Assembly: GCF_009914755.1 (NCBI RefSeq) | Contig: NC_060933.1 | Strand: one strand, 5' to 3' | Source of the DNA: the human T2T-CHM13v2.0 reference genome, Homo sapiens | Length of the DNA stretch: 64,000 nt | Part shown: positions 1-14,797 of the stretch, one piece after another | Layout of the letters: every line of letters starts with the position of its first letter | How positions within the stretch are numbered: the first letter of the stretch is position 1 | The notes under the pieces: model-generated | What the model saw: only the letters and a program-made list of their open reading frames with translations | What the model was told of the DNA's origin: nothing | Database searches by the model: none | Made by a program: the position numbers and the translations under genes

Positions 1-263
1 GTCTCTCACCTACCTGTGACCTGGAAGCCCTCTCCCTGCTTCAAGTTGTCCCTGTGTTTTTGGACAGAACCAATGTAGTTCTTACATATATTGATTGATG
101 TCTCATGTCTCCCTAAAATATATAAAACCAAGCTGTGCCACGACTACCTTGCGTACATGTTGTCAGGACTTCCTGAGGCTGTGTCATGGGCATGTGTTCT
201 CAACCTTGGCAAAATACGTTTTCTAAATTAATTGAGACCCGTCTCAAATTTTGGGGGTTCACA
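1..263 (+). mobile_element. MER4(A)-type ERV1 5' LTR, 3' part (runs off window start)
   Basis: Ends ...ttctaaattaattgagacccgtctcaaattttgggggttcACA like MER4 LTRs and is followed by PBS-like tttggtaaccatggagggat. Confidence 0.8.
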
Positions 264-482
264 TTTGGTAACCATGGAGGGATTCTGAATGGAGATGACC
301 CTGACCTTTGGCAAATCTCCTATCAATGCTTGGTATCAGCATGAACTGACTTTATGACTCAAACCAATAGGAAAATTTGCTGAGGTCTGAGAGCACTGTC
401 TCCAGAGAATCTCTGATCTTCCAAAATTTGGTCGAGATCTAAAGTTTATTTTGCTGTACAACTCCTCTTTTTTTGGAGTTTT

Positions 483-548
483 ACTTGCTTCCCACACAAG
501 GAAGTCAAGGTTTTCACTTGCTTCCCACACAAGGAAGTCAAGGTTTTC
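483..548. repeat. Perfect 33-bp tandem duplication
   Basis: acttgcttcccacacaaggaagtcaaggttttc at 483-515 and 516-548. Confidence 0.95.
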
Positions 549-1686
549 CTGCTTCCTTAACGATGGAAGGCGGGTAACTCCTGTATGAAGTTTGAGCTTG
601 CTTCCACAGGGAAGACGTGTTTGTTTGTATTTTTTCTCTGCTTCTAGGATTGTGAAGAGCAGTCTTCAGTCTGAGACCCATCCCTAGGTAAGTAACTGAA
701 CTGGAGTTTTGTCTTGGCTAAAGTTAAGATTAACAACCAGCTGGTCTTAATTTCTCCTTACCATTAGAGTGTTCAGTGATCATATTGTTGTTGGGTTTTT
801 TGTTGTTGTTGTTTGTTCTGGTCTGAAGTTGTTTAAGGATCCTAATTCTAGTTTGGAGATGCATTCTAAAGGATCTTCTCTACTGCTCTTTCTCTCACAT
901 TTAATCTTAATTCAGTTTGTCTGTGTGCATTTGCATAAGGAACTGAACTGTTGTTTTCATATATTAATGAGAGACTGAATTTTCTCAGCTCCAAAGAGAA
1001 ACAGCATTTACTCCTCCCAGCTGAAAGGTGCCCCTGGGTGATGGGGGACCTCGTGGGAGTGTCTAGGAGGTTGACCCCGCCATGACATGCCACAATCCTG
1101 CAGGTAAATCTCCAACAAAAATTAATTTTAAAAATGGCTCATAAGGACTGATCACCCACTGTTTTGAGCCCTCTCTGAGGTCACAGACCTCTAGAGAGAG
1201 AAACTGAAACATGTAAGATGGTGGAAATGATGTAGTGGTGACACACCGTGGAGTCCTGTGCACAGGCAGCACACATCAATCCACCACACAAAAACCCTAG
1301 GCCACAGCTCAGTTCCTCTTCTTAAGAAAAAAAAAAAAGCAGGAAACAATCTAAGAACGAGGAGAAAATAAGGAGAATGACCCCCTTTTGAGCACTCCAT
1401 AGGTTTTATGGCACCTCTACTTGTGAAAGTTTATGTAAAATCGGAATAATATGGTCTTCGTGCACATTTACATCAAGGAAAAAGAGCCCTAAGGTTCGAC
1501 CTGCAAACTATAGAGTTTCTAAGTCCTCTTTTTCTCTATTTTTTCTCTTTTCTGGCTTCTTTAAATCTGCTGCTGTTTTTCTATTAAGACAAAAACCACC
1601 ATTTAGATCCAACAAGTTCTTTTTGCAAGCTGGTGAATTTGTATTTACCTCATGGCTAAAAGTTCTGAAGTAAAAGCTATAGGATC

Positions 1687-1688
<2 letters not shown>

Positions 1689-1733
<45 letters not shown>
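1689..1733. repeat. (TG)n microsatellite
   Basis: About 22 TG units. Confidence 0.97.
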
Positions 1734-1735
<2 letters not shown>

Positions 1736-2437
1736 ATTTAAAAGGCCCTTATGATTTCTATAATTTTATGTTTAATTGGCAATTAAATGTGTTTTAATTT
1801 CCCTTTAGCACACCACACTTTTACTCTCCATACCTTATAATGTAAATTTTGCTATTTGACTTTCACCTGAGTTACTTCCTTTAATATGCAATTTCAAGGC
1901 TATTTAGCTGACAACTGCCCAGGGTTGTGAAACAGGTTATCAAGAATCTGAAAGTCTAAGATAGGAAAAAAAAGGTTTTTATGAATCTATAAAATGTACT
2001 TCTATCGGCATGCCTAATATGTCTATGTATTTATGTGTTGTGTACACAATATTTCACTACTACTAATATATAAAAGAGTGCTTGTTAATTGGCTTAAAAA
2101 TGAAATAAAAGTGCTGAAATCAGTTAGTAAAAAAAGACTAGTCAAATGCTTTTTCAAGTTTATGTAACTTAATTAAAATATTTAATAAGTAAGCTAGCTT
2201 TAAAATTATTGGCAAAGTAATATAAGAAATGTCTTAAGAATTGCCAGCATACATTTTTGTTTGCATTTATTAATCAAGCAATTTCATATTTATCCCTGCC
2301 AAATACTAAAAGGTGTCAAAATTTGGCATAGGGGTTACAAAACTATAAACCCAGCCCAAGACAGAATGATCTTTGCTTGTGTAATCCTTAATAAATAAGA
2401 CATTGATATTGGTTTAATAAAAATAGCTACATCTTGG

Positions 2438-2867
<430 letters not shown>

Positions 2868-3242
2868 CTATAAATTAAATTCCTCCCAAAGTCCAGGTAT
2901 GAACAAGGACAGCTTGGAGGTTAGAAGCAAGATGGAGTCAGTTGGGTTATATTTTCTTCACTGTCTCAGTTATAATTTTGCAATGGCAGTTTCATAACTT
3001 TAAATCATGACTATTGAAGTTTCCATAAGTAATCTAGCTAAACAATTAAAGTAAATTATAATTATTTGTTTCTATTTGGGTAAATGTAATATCATAAATA
3101 CTTGTAGACAAACTTGTTATAATTTAGAATCTAAAATTTCATTATTTGGGTATTTTCCAACAAATATATATTGTAGGAAAGCATTCTTGCTTAAAAAAAA
3201 AAAGATACATCTCTTTTAAAAAGGTGAACAAGTTTTGTATAA

Positions 3243-3348
<106 letters not shown>

Positions 3349-3617
3349 TCAGTAAGAAAGCTTAAAGAGAAATAATTTTATATGAGAAAGAATCTTGTAT
3401 GGTAAATTTAGTCCTAAAATAAAATGACTGGTTGTTTAAGAAGGAGGGATGTTCAGGACAAACTAGAAAGTCCAAGAATGTCATGAACAGTCAGTGTAAG
3501 TCACAATAAGAGGATTTATTAAAAAACAAACAAACAAGAACGTTTATATGGTCAGGCTGTCATATTGTTATTAAGTTTTGGCTTGCTTAGGAATAAACAC
3601 TGAGATTTTAAAAAGAT

Positions 3618-3906
<289 letters not shown>

Positions 3907-5018
3907 AAAAAAATTTTTTTAATTAATGTTACCACATTCATACATTACAGGGCTTTGACTCTGGGTCTAAAAAGGACATCAAGTCCTACTAAATCTTTAA
4001 CACTGACAGCAATTAGAGCCTCATCTTCAGGACCTATAGAAGATGCTAATCAAAATAAGCTGCATTTCTGAGACACAGGGCAAGAAATTAAAGCTATATA
4101 ATACTCCTTAAGGCCCAAGGAGTATCACAGAAGAGGTGGGCATGTGAGATTGTAAGGGCTGATTTTGAAAGATAAAATAAGTTCAGTTTCTCTATAAATT
4201 AATCATTAATGTCAAAGACACACTGATGCAAGACTAGTATATGGGCCCCTCTGTCAGATTAACAAGGTTTTCTTGAAGCATTAACCAACTCCTTAATAAA
4301 GGTTATAAAAATTATAAAAGGCTTATGGAAGCTGAATCTTGTGGTCAAGATTAAGATTTTATAGATTGTTTATAAAATTTTGAAAAACAAATTTAATTGG
4401 CCTCATGCTATTTTTATTACAGCTTGTTCTTGGTAAATATTAAGTCTCCTCTCTCAAAGAATGAAGGTTTTCACCTTTTTTTGAAATCCTTGAGTTATCA
4501 CTTTGGTTAAATGAATGACTTATTTTACAATGATCTGTGATCTTATTTTGTGATATCAAGTGTTTTAAACATTTGATATTTGACAAACTTTCCAAAATCA
4601 AATTATAAATTATGTCTTTTTCTGACCTAATTAATCATTTAAGATATTAGGTTCCCTGAAGTCCAAAAATGACATAATTTGGCTTATTTTGGTACAAAAA
4701 TTATACAGGAAGCATTGTCAAATATGAAATGGTGTTTGATTTTCTTTGGGCTGTATTTATATAAATATGTTATTGGCGCGTGTTCCAAAATTATGGGAAA
4801 CTCCTATAATTCTGATATAACTTAGAGGACATTGTCAGTAATAATTATAATTATTATGTTAAGTTATTGTGTGCCACAGAGATAACAAATTTCCTTGTCA
4901 ATTGTGTCTTTGATTATGGCTTCCCTAAAACTTTTTTTCATCCACAGACAATTGTCATCTTTTGGTCCTCTTTAGAAAGTGGTTCTATAATAAGCTATAG
5001 AACTCTGATAGGTGTTCT

Positions 5019-5318
5019 TTGTTTATTTTTTTCTTTGAGACAGAATCTCACTCTGTCACCCAGGCTAGAGTGCAGTGGTGCAATCTAGGTTCACTGCAAC
5101 CTCTGCCTCCTGTGTTCAAGAGATTCTCCTGCCTCAGCCTCCCGAGTAGCGGGGATTACAAGTGCCCACGACCATGCTCGGCTAATTGTTGTATTTTTAG
5201 TAGAGACAGGGTTTTACCAAGTTGTCAGGCTGGTCTCCAACTCCTGACCCCAAGCAATCCACCTTCCTTCGGCCTCCCATAGTGCTGGGATTACAGGTGT
5301 GAGACACCACTCCCGGCC
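5019..5318 (-). mobile_element. AluS
   Basis: Antisense Alu; TSD tct(gat/aac)aggtgttctt. Confidence 0.92.
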
Positions 5319-6115
5319 TCTAACAGGTGTTCTTAAATGTAGGTTTCTGATAACTTTGGAGGTTGTGACATTAGAACAGAGGGAAATAAACTTTCAGGAC
5401 TTTTACGGAGAGCTGAAGTGTTCAGGAATATCAAGAAGAACAGGAGTTAGCTGCATAAACTGAACTGATAGAAGACTAAAGTAACCGTTTCCACTTTTGC
5501 TTTAAATGTTGCTAATCCTTTGTTTTTTTAGAGTCTTGAAACTTTTCTTTTGAGATATTGACAGCTCTTAACAATTTAATGTACTCCTATGAACAAAATT
5601 AGAAGCATATTTGTTTCTCTTTACCTGATTTCTACAAAATCTGGAAACTATTTGTGAGTATTCTTAACTTATGACAATATGGTTATTTGTATAAATGCAA
5701 ATAAGAATTTGTTTTCATTTGTAACAGGACACAATTGGAGAAACTGGTTATTTTACCAAGGCTTTGACTGGAATGGTGTGCTTTTCTTTAAGGAATCAAG
5801 CTTCCCTTATGGGGCCAATAAAGCCCTTGGTATTCCATGTTTTTGATACTATTTTGAAAGGCTTTAAAGACATTTTAATCTTCAAATGCTACATAACTTG
5901 TGTATGTGTATGTGCGCACATGAGCAGAGTCTCCATTGCTTGGAATTAGATAGATTATATCCCTTGGTGCCTCACCATTGAGCTCTACATGGCAGAGATC
6001 TTGCATATGTGACTGTGTATATTTTCAGCAACATAATAAGCATCCTCTAAATCTCATCCTAAAACAAATGCTTCATTGACAATAACGCATAGCTACCTTC
6101 TGGTCCTCTCCCTTC

Positions 6116-6414
<299 letters not shown>

Positions 6415-6764
6415 TTTATTTCCAAATTTTCTGCTGTGCTATTAAACATAAATTCATTCATAAGATGTATATTTTATAAATAGTAACTAGATGTGCATCT
6501 GATTTATACAGAGTATTTTTCCCTTTCAATTTTGAAGATTTTTTTGTGATATACCACGTATACTTTGAATTTTTATGTAGTCAACTCTGATAAATTTCTA
6601 TTTATGCTTTTCTTTGCTGTTTTTGTTGCTACCAATGTGAAATTCTGATAGACACTAAACTACATTTTTTCCAGGTTTTACATCATTTCATTTTTTCATT
6701 GAATCAGCTCTAAATAGCTTAGCCACACACCTAGGGTGTGCTTAGTATTTTCTAGGCACTCAAT

Positions 6765-6900
6765 CTCTGAATCCTCACAATGATACTAGGAATTGCTAAC
6801 TCCTATTTGAGGCTTGAAGGGGTGAGTAGTCCAAGGTGGTGCAGCAAGTAAGCCATGAGGTGGAGATCTGAACCCAGATCTCATGTCTTAGTCACCACTC
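6765..6900. mobile_element. MIR fragment
   Basis: aatcctcacaa...gaggcttgaaggggtgagtagtccaaggt...atctgaacccag resembles the MIR core. Confidence 0.55.
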
Positions 6901-7499
6901 TAAATGTATAGTGGAGGCATAGCTCTCACATTTTTTTTTTCCATAAACAGTTACACAATATTTCAGGAATATTTACTCAACTTATTATTTGAAATGTTTC
7001 TTTATTTTATTCTAAGTTTTATAATTACTAGAGTCTGGTTTAAACCAGTGTCTTCCTGTTCCATTAATTTTTCTTTTGAATTTTCTGCCAAAATTATATG
7101 CTATATTACTTTAATTATGATAGTTTCATTAAATGCTTTAATGACTGGTAGTATAATTTCTATTGATTACTCTTCCTTTTTCCCTAAATGTCTAGTCTCG
7201 TTTCACCTATTTATTCTTCCAAATGAAACTTTCTTGAGTCACTTTCCCAAGGTACAGGAAAAATTCCTTTGGGATTTTGATTCCCAAACTTGATTTGTTA
7301 AAAAACTAAGTTCTTCTGATTCAGAAGCATGGAATGCCTCTCTTTTTATTCAGGTCTTCTTTGTGAATCTCTAAGTGAAGTTGTGTCATTTTCCTCCAAC
7401 AGGTGTTGTGTATTACCAGTGCACAGAGGAGACTGGTTTTCACATCAGCATTGTATATAACCACAGTGCATTCTTATTCTCAGTTCAGTCTCTATATTG

Positions 7500-7615
7500 T
7501 CACAAGTGTTTATTGAGTACCTAATATGTGCAGGCACATATCACTGGGAATACAGTGGTGAACAAGACAAAGTTCCTGCTCCCATGGAGTTGACATTCTA
7601 GATGGAGACATAGTC
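7500..7615 (-). mobile_element. L2 3' end
   Basis: tttattgagtacctaatatgtgcaggcac...gaatacagtggtgaacaagacaaagttcctgctcccatggagttgacattcta. Confidence 0.8.
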
Positions 7616-7655
7616 TGTATAGACAGAAACCACTCACTGTGTCCTCATCGGGTGG

Positions 7656-8096
7656 CACTATGACTGCATATGGTTTCTTCCCACCAAAGTTCATGCTGCA
7701 ATTTGACCCCCAACATGATGATGTGCGGAGGTGGGAGCTAGTGGGAGGTGTTTTGGTCATGGGAATGGATCCTCCATGATGTCTTGGTACTGTACTCCTG
7801 GCAATGAGTTCTTGCTCTGGAGAGACTGGATTAGTTCTCACGAGTCTGTATTTCTTCCCATAAGAGTGAGTTGTCGTAATGACATGATGCCCCTTGGGTT
7901 TTGACTCTTTGCACTTATTTGCTTCCACTTTGACCTTCCTTGCCATGTTAGGACAATACACAAGAGCTCTCACCAGAAGCCAGAACTGTGCCCTTGAACT
8001 TCCCAGTCTGCAGAATTGTGAGCTAAATAAACCTGTCTTCCTTATCAATTACCCAGTCTGAGGTATTGTCATAGCAATACAAAATGGACTTGGACA
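7656..8096 (+). mobile_element. MaLR LTR (MST family, MSTC-like)
   Basis: gggaggtgttttggtcatggg...aataaacctgtcttccttatcaattacccagtctgaggtatt...aatggacttggaca. Confidence 0.8.
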
Positions 8097-8138
8097 GATG
8101 GTGATAAATACTATGAAGAAAAACAAAAATAAAGTAGT

Positions 8139-8637
8139 TGTTGCAGGCTAAATAATGACCTCACCAAAGAAATTCACATCCTAATCCCTGAAACCCATGA
8201 ATAATATGTGATAAAAAAAAAAAATGGGGTAGACTTTATGGGATTCAGCTAAGATTCTTGAGATGGCCAGACTCTCCTGGATGATCTGGGTGGGCCCCCA
8301 ATGCAATCACTTGTGTCTCAGGAAAGGGAGGCTGAGAGAGACACAGCACAGGTAGAGGAGAGGGCCATGTGAAGAGGGAGCAGAAAGAGATGTGAACATT
8401 CTTGTGTTGAAGACTGCATGATGTGGCCACAAGCCAAGAAATGCCAGGTGCTTCCAAAATCTGGAGAAGGCAAGGAGGGTCCACAAGTCTGGAGGGAGTG
8501 TGGCCCTGGAGACTCCTTGATTTCAGCCCAGTGCCTTTGATTTCAGACTTCCTACCTCAAGAACTGAAAGAAATTTCTGTTTGTTTAAGTCATCAAGTTT
8601 GTGGTGATTTGCTACAATAGGCCCAGGAGACTGATAA
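8139..8637 (+). mobile_element. MaLR LTR (MLT1C/D-like)
   Basis: caggctaaataatg...catcctaatccctg...gccacaagccaagaaatgc...ttgatttcagacttc...tttgtggtgatttg. Confidence 0.8.
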
Positions 8638-9436
8638 GGCAGGCATGGGATTAGCAAGTAGGGTGGGGCTGGGTGGCTCTTTTAGATGCTGTGGTCAAGG
8701 AAGTCCTTGCTGCTCTAACCTAAAGTCTGAGAGTGATGGGAGAGTTAGCAACATCCATCTATCTGTAGCAAGAACAAGAAAAGTAGGAGGGGAAGGCCGG
8801 ATAAGGTCTGCCTCTCACTGCTCCATCCAACGTATGGGAAACTTACAGGTTGTTAGAGTAGCATGGGACAAGGACCTGGGAATGGGAGCCTGTGTTCTAG
8901 CCCAGGCTCCATCACAAACAGTCAGTTACTCCACTTCGAGCACCAGCTTCTGCATCTGTGGAATGGGTTTGTCTTCCCTGACCCCATTACTTGGCAGAGA
9001 TCATAGGCACCACCGCAGGCCTGCTGGGAGCATGCCTGGGATGTGCCATGTGCTGGTTGCTTCTGGTCTAGGACCTACACCCACCTCCTTGACATGCTAC
9101 TGCCATCTGTGCCTCACACGGCCCTCACCCATGTCTGTCAACATTCCCTAAGCCCACTGTGCTGCCTGAACAGGTAAGACCTCTCTGTGGGGACCGGCGT
9201 TGTCCACTGTGGCTTCTGACTCTCACCACCCTCCATGCAGCCACAGGCACCCCCAACTCCACCTAAGCTTCCCGAGGGGCTGTGTCCTCACCCTGGTTCC
9301 TCGCCCTTCCCAGGATCCAGCTGCTCTCGAGTCCCCTGCGCGCCCCTCCTCCATCCACACACCCTCTTCCCTCTCCCCAGCCTCCACTCACTCACTCCAC
9401 AGAATCAGGCTGAGCGCCTCCCTCATAGCAACAGGA

Positions 9437-9454
9437 GGAAATAGGAAGTGAAAC
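9437..9454 (+). promoter_or_regulatory. Candidate PU.1/IRF composite (EICE) motif
   Basis: GGAAATAGGAAGTGAAAC contains GGAAnnGAAA with an A-rich 5' flank; motif match only. Confidence 0.4.
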
Positions 9455-9779
9455 AAACAGGACTTCTGTGCCCAGGTGGCCGGCAGCCATGGGGAGGCTG
9501 GAGGGGGATGGAGGGGGACACACATGGGATCCCCTGTGGCCTCCGTGGTGCATCGTCACACTCTGAGAAGTGAGACAGGAGGTCCACAGGGAAGGCCACG
9601 TTCAGAAGGGAGCACCGGGGCATCAGGCAGACCCGGCCTTCAGTTGGGGAGGCTGCCTGGGGAAGTGAAGCTGCAGCAGGGACCAGGCGCCGAGTAGGCA
9701 TTTGTGAGGCCCTAGGAGGACGGAGCCGGGCCCCTTGGGGCTCAAGGGACCCCGCCTAGTGATGGGGCTCAAAATGAGG

Positions 9780-10200
9780 GGAGCAGAGGGCAGGAAAGAC
9801 CTGGAGGGGGCAGAGCCCGGTAAGAAGGCTGGACCGGAGCATCCATTGTTTGACTCTGAAGAGATAATGCAGGCTGCAGTGAGGAGACTGGATGGAAGGG
9901 GGTTTGGGGACATTTCAGCTAAAACATCTACTCGGCTGTTCGCAGCCCACATTTGGGAAATGAGAGGACAAGGATGAGTCTGAGTCCTAGACTGAGAATG
10001 AACAGGGTGACTGGTCATGCCAGCCTTGGAAACTGGGACATCTGGGAAGACCCCATGAAGCTTGGGAGTGACATCGTCTTACAACGTGGAGCATCTTCAA
10101 GATGACTTTGAGGGTCTCCATGGAGAGGAGGAGAGGCAGTTGGATTTATGGGTCTGGCAGCTCACAGAACCTTGAGCTGGTGATCAAATTTGGAGGGCTT
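9780..10200 (-). mobile_element. L2 fragment
   Basis: ggctgcagtgaggagactggatggaagggg and aggcagttggatttatgggtctgg...aatttggag are L2-like. Confidence 0.55.
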
Positions 10201-10667
10201 GGGCTCAAAAGGATCAACTGTTAGGAACTGCTATTGCTCCAAAGCCCTCCTGCCCCGGCCCACACAGCTTCACTGGGAGGCAGAACCAGCTGGCGGCAGC
10301 TCCGACCCCTGCAGTCCAGGACCCTGGTCTCTGCTGTCCACCACAGTGAGAAATGACCAATTCTTTACAGAGTTGCATGGGACAACATTGCCTCCCCATC
10401 CAGCCTGGCCTCGGGCAGCCTTCTACCCCCCTTGTCCTCTCAAGGTGAGGGACTCTTCTCCACACCTCTGCAGGACTGCATGAGCCACCACCAGCACAGT
10501 GATGCCTGTGGCATGCGGGCCTTCTGCCCCCTCTCAATGGCAAGTCTAATAAAGCCAAGTTCAGGGACCACAACCATGATGTGTACAGAGTGGTCACCAT
10601 TGCTGAACTCCCTTAACCACCTGGAAGGCAGGCGTCCCGGCCCAGGCTTAATTGCATTCTCTAATGA

Positions 10668-11211
<544 letters not shown>

Positions 11212-11249
11212 TATTTACTTATATGCATTTAAAAACTTACAGCATGGTT

Positions 11250-11453
11250 TACTGCTCCCATTCTCACCATGTGATGTGCCTGCTTCCCCTTTGCCTTCCT
11301 TCATGATTGGAGGCTTTCTGAGGCCTCCCAAGAAGCAGACACCACTATGCTTCCTATACAGCCTGCAGAACTGTGAGTCAATTAAATATCTTTTCTTATA
11401 AATTACCCAGACTCAAGTATTTCTTCACAGCAATGCAAGAATGGCCTAATACA
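11250..11453 (+). mobile_element. MSTA/B LTR 3' part
   Basis: gccttccttcatgattgg...cagcctgcagaactgtgag...aattacccag...aatggcctaataca. Confidence 0.82.
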
Positions 11454-11852
11454 GGGCTATTTCTCTCTGTTTTTTTTTTTTTTGAGTCAAGTTAGACTTT
11501 TAGTTCACTTAACCTAGAACTTTTATGCTAACGCAGATGAAGTAAGAATTCTGTAGGTTTCTTATCTGTTTCACTTCTAGGACCACCATGATCAACTAAC
11601 AAATGCCGTAGGTTTGTGGAATCACAGTTTTGACTGCTGCTTTGCCTCTGCTGTTCCTTATAGTAACTGTGCCCGTCTTGCCTTTGGTGGTTGAGTGCAT
11701 CCACTTGGCCTCTGTCACCCTGGAATCCAGTGACTCCTATTGCACATAGTTTTCCCAATTCAGTTACCACATCTCTTATGTAAGTTCTGGCCTATATAGA
11801 AAAGCTATCACAGAGCTCTTCAAGAATGCTGGGGATCTCTGCACATGTTTTT

Positions 11853-12144
11853 TCTTCTTTTTTTATTTTAGAGACAGAGTCTTGCTCTGCTGCCCCGGCT
11901 GGAGTGCAGTGGTGCAATCATAGCTCACTGTAATTTGGAACTCCTGGGCTCAAGCCATCCTCCCACATTAGCCTCCCAAGTAGCTGGGACTACTGGCACA
12001 TGCCATCACACCCAGCTACTTTTTTTTAGAGATGGGGTCTCACTATGCTGCCCAGGCTGGTCTCAAAGTCCTGACCTCAAGCAGTCCTCCCACCTTGGCC
12101 TCCAAAAGCACTGGGATTACAGGCATGAGCCTCCACACCTGGCT
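11853..12144 (-). mobile_element. AluJ
   Basis: J-type tcatagctcactg and ctcctgggctcaagccatcc. Confidence 0.9.
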
Positions 12145-12259
12145 ACCAATTTATTTCTCACAGTCATGAAAGGTGTGTCTTTTGGACTCTTTCAGGGTGG
12201 GAGAGTAGGTCTTAGTTGACACATCTATTCTAACATTCCAGTCTCCGTAAGCCTTTTTA

Positions 12260-13778
12260 TACTTTTTTTTAATTTTTAACTTTTGTGGGTACATGGTAGG
12301 TGTATATGTTTATGGGGTACATGAGATATTTTGATTCAGGCATGCAATGTGTAATAGTCACATAAGGGTAAATGAGGTATCCACAACCTCAAGCATTTAT
12401 TCTTTGTATTACAAACACTCCAGTTATACTCGTTTAGTTATTTTATCTTATTATTTTATTAGTATTATTATTATTATTTTGAGACAGAGTTTTACTCTTG
12501 TTCCTCAGGCTGTAGTACAATGGCACGATCTCGGCTCACTGCAACCTCTGCCTCCTGGGTTCAAGTGATTCTCCGGCCTCAGCCTCCTGAGTAGTTGGGA
12601 TTACAGGTGCCCACCATCATGCCTGGCTAATTTTTTTGTATTTTTAGTAGAGATAGGGTTTCACCATGTTGGCCAGGCTGGTCTTGCACTCCTGACCTCA
12701 GGAGATCAATCTGTCTCACCCTCTCAAAGTGCTGGGATTACAGGTGTGAGCCACCGTGCCTGGCCTCTTTTAGTTATTTTAAAATATACAAGTTATCATT
12801 GATTGTAGTCACCCTGTTGTGCTATCAAATACTAGATCTTATTCATTCTACCTAACTGTAGTTTTGTACCCAGTAACCATCCCTACTTCCCCTTCCCAAC
12901 ACTACCCTCTCAACCTCTGTAATCATCATTCTACTCTCTATCTTCGTGAATTCAATTGTTTTAAGTTTTAGTGCTCATAAGTAAGTGAGAACATGGGAAG
13001 TTTGTTTTCTGTGCCTGGTTTATTTCACTTAACATAATGACCCCCCAGACTCCAGCCATGTTGTTGCAAATGACAGAATCTCATGTTTTTGTGGCTGAAC
13101 TGTACTCCATTGTGTATATGTACCACATTTTCTTTATCCATTCATCTGTTGATGGACACAGGTTACTTCCAAATCTTGCCTATTGTGAACAGTGCTGCAA
13201 TAAACATGGAGTGCGGATATCTCTTTAATATACTGACTTCCTTCATTTTGGGTATATCTCTAGCAGCAGGACTGCTGAATCATATGATACCTCTATTGTT
13301 AGTTTTTTGAGGAACCTCCAATTGTATTAATTTACATGCCCATCAACAGCATACAAACATTCCCTTTTCTCCACATCATCACCAGAATTTGCTGTTGCCT
13401 TTTGGATAAGTCATTTTAACTTGAGTGAGATGATATCTCATTGTGGTTTTGATGTGCACTTCTCTGATGATCAGTGCTGGTGAGTACCTTTTCCTATACC
13501 TGATTGCCATTGATATGTCTTGTTTTGAGAAATGTCTATTCAGATGTATTGTTCATTTTTTATTCTGATTATTAGATTTTTTCCCATAGAGTTGCTTGAG
13601 CTCCTTATCTAGTCTGGTTATTAACTGCTTATCTGATCAGTAGTTTGCAAATATTTTATCCCATTCTGTGGGTTATCTCTTCACTTTGTTGATTGTTTCC
13701 TTTGCTGTGCAGAAGCTTTTTAGCTAGATGTGATCCCATTTTTCCATGTTTGTTTTGGTCGCCTGTGCTTGTTGGTAC
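12260..13778 (-). mobile_element. L1MA (L1MA2/3-like) 3' end, 5'-truncated
   Basis: ttttgtgggtacatggtaggtgtatatgtttatggggtacatgagatattttg 3' terminus, then antisense ORF2 end; flanks taagcctttt / taagctttt. Confidence 0.85.
12447..12765 (-). mobile_element. AluSq-like inside L1
   Basis: Antisense Alu; TSD-like tttagttatttta on both sides. Confidence 0.92.
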
Positions 13779-14069
13779 CTAAGCTTTTGAATCCCTTCCT
13801 CTACATTTGATCAAGGCAGATCTGTCATTTCTAACTTGCTCACTGTGCCCCGTCTTTCAGCCCTTGTCCTGTGGGTTTCCTGCTTTTGTTCTTTTATCAA
13901 CATTTTAGGGGTTTGGGGAGGAACAGAGATGAACATATATGCTCCATCCACCATGTTTAAAAGAGACATCTGTCTGTGCCAGTTGTAGTCCCCAAAGGCA
14001 AGATATGAAGTCACTTCTGAGAAGGCTGATCTGCAGGGGTGCACAGACCAGACTTGGGGGATTCTTCTC

Positions 14070-14610
14070 TTTCTCTCTCTCCTTATCTCACACCCGTCAT
14101 TACAAATCCTATCAGTTCTGCTTTCAGAACATGACCAGACTCTGGGCACTTTTCGTCTCCATTGCTCCCACCCTAGCCCAGGCCACCTGGATTCGTCTCT
14201 CACCAGGATTTCTGCAGTTGCCTCTGATACCACCTTCTTGCTTTGCCTTCACTGATCTATTCTCAGCACATCAACCAGAGAGATTTCTCTTAAAAATCAG
14301 ATCATGTGACGGCTCAACTGAAACCCTCCAATGGCTTCAAATTTCACTCAAAAATGTATTTCAGGTCCTTACCATGAGCTATAGGGTCAACACAATCCAC
14401 ACCCACTACCTCCCAACACTGGCTTCCTGCTTTTCTCAGCCTCAGCCATCCCAGCCTCCTTTGTGCTTCTTACATGCACTAAGCACATGCCAACCCCAGG
14501 ATCTTTGCACTTGCTACTGTTTCCCCAGACGTTCCCATGGCCATTTAATCACTTGCTTCAGTGTTCAGCTGAAATGTCATCTTCTCAGAGAGGCCTCCCC
14601 TGCTTGTGTA
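14070..14610 (+). mobile_element. L2 fragment
   Basis: atcctatcagttctgc...cccaccctagcccaggccacc...aaaatcagatcatgt...aaatgtcatcttctcagagaggcct. Confidence 0.75.
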
Positions 14611-14797
14611 TCCACTTGTGGCCTTAGCACACTCATCATGGTTCTTGATTTCTAAGCACCCTCTTTTGACCTCAGCCCTACTACAACAAACAATTAGTTC
14701 TGTTTGTTGGTTTTCTCACTTCTGCTTTGGACCCAGGAAGACTTCCAGGCCAGCACCTCTCAAACTGAAATGTGTATATAAACCAGAAAGACTTAGA

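Larger units (their letters stand above)
11490..13850 (-). pseudogene. gag: ERV-L (HERVL-like) gag remnant in three pieces (about 11490-11845, 12147-12258, 13780-13850)
   Basis: Minus-strand peptides TVSKLEMTDLP*SNVEEGIQKL, RLTETGMLE*MCQLRPT and VTELGKLCAIG...RGQVDALNHQRQ...DHGGPRSETDKKPTEFLL follow HERV-L Gag order. Confidence 0.75.

Noticed and set aside
483-548. 33-bp direct repeats (also at 49012-49077) resembling CRISPR repeat length
   Set aside because: Adjacent copies with no spacers, eukaryotic context and no cas genes.
6724-6742. Short hairpin cacacctagggtgtg
   Set aside because: Stem of only 5-6 bp, expected by chance.
13939-14655. Longest ORF in the track (238 aa)
   Set aside because: Lies over an L2 fragment, has no recognisable domain and is most likely a chance open frame.
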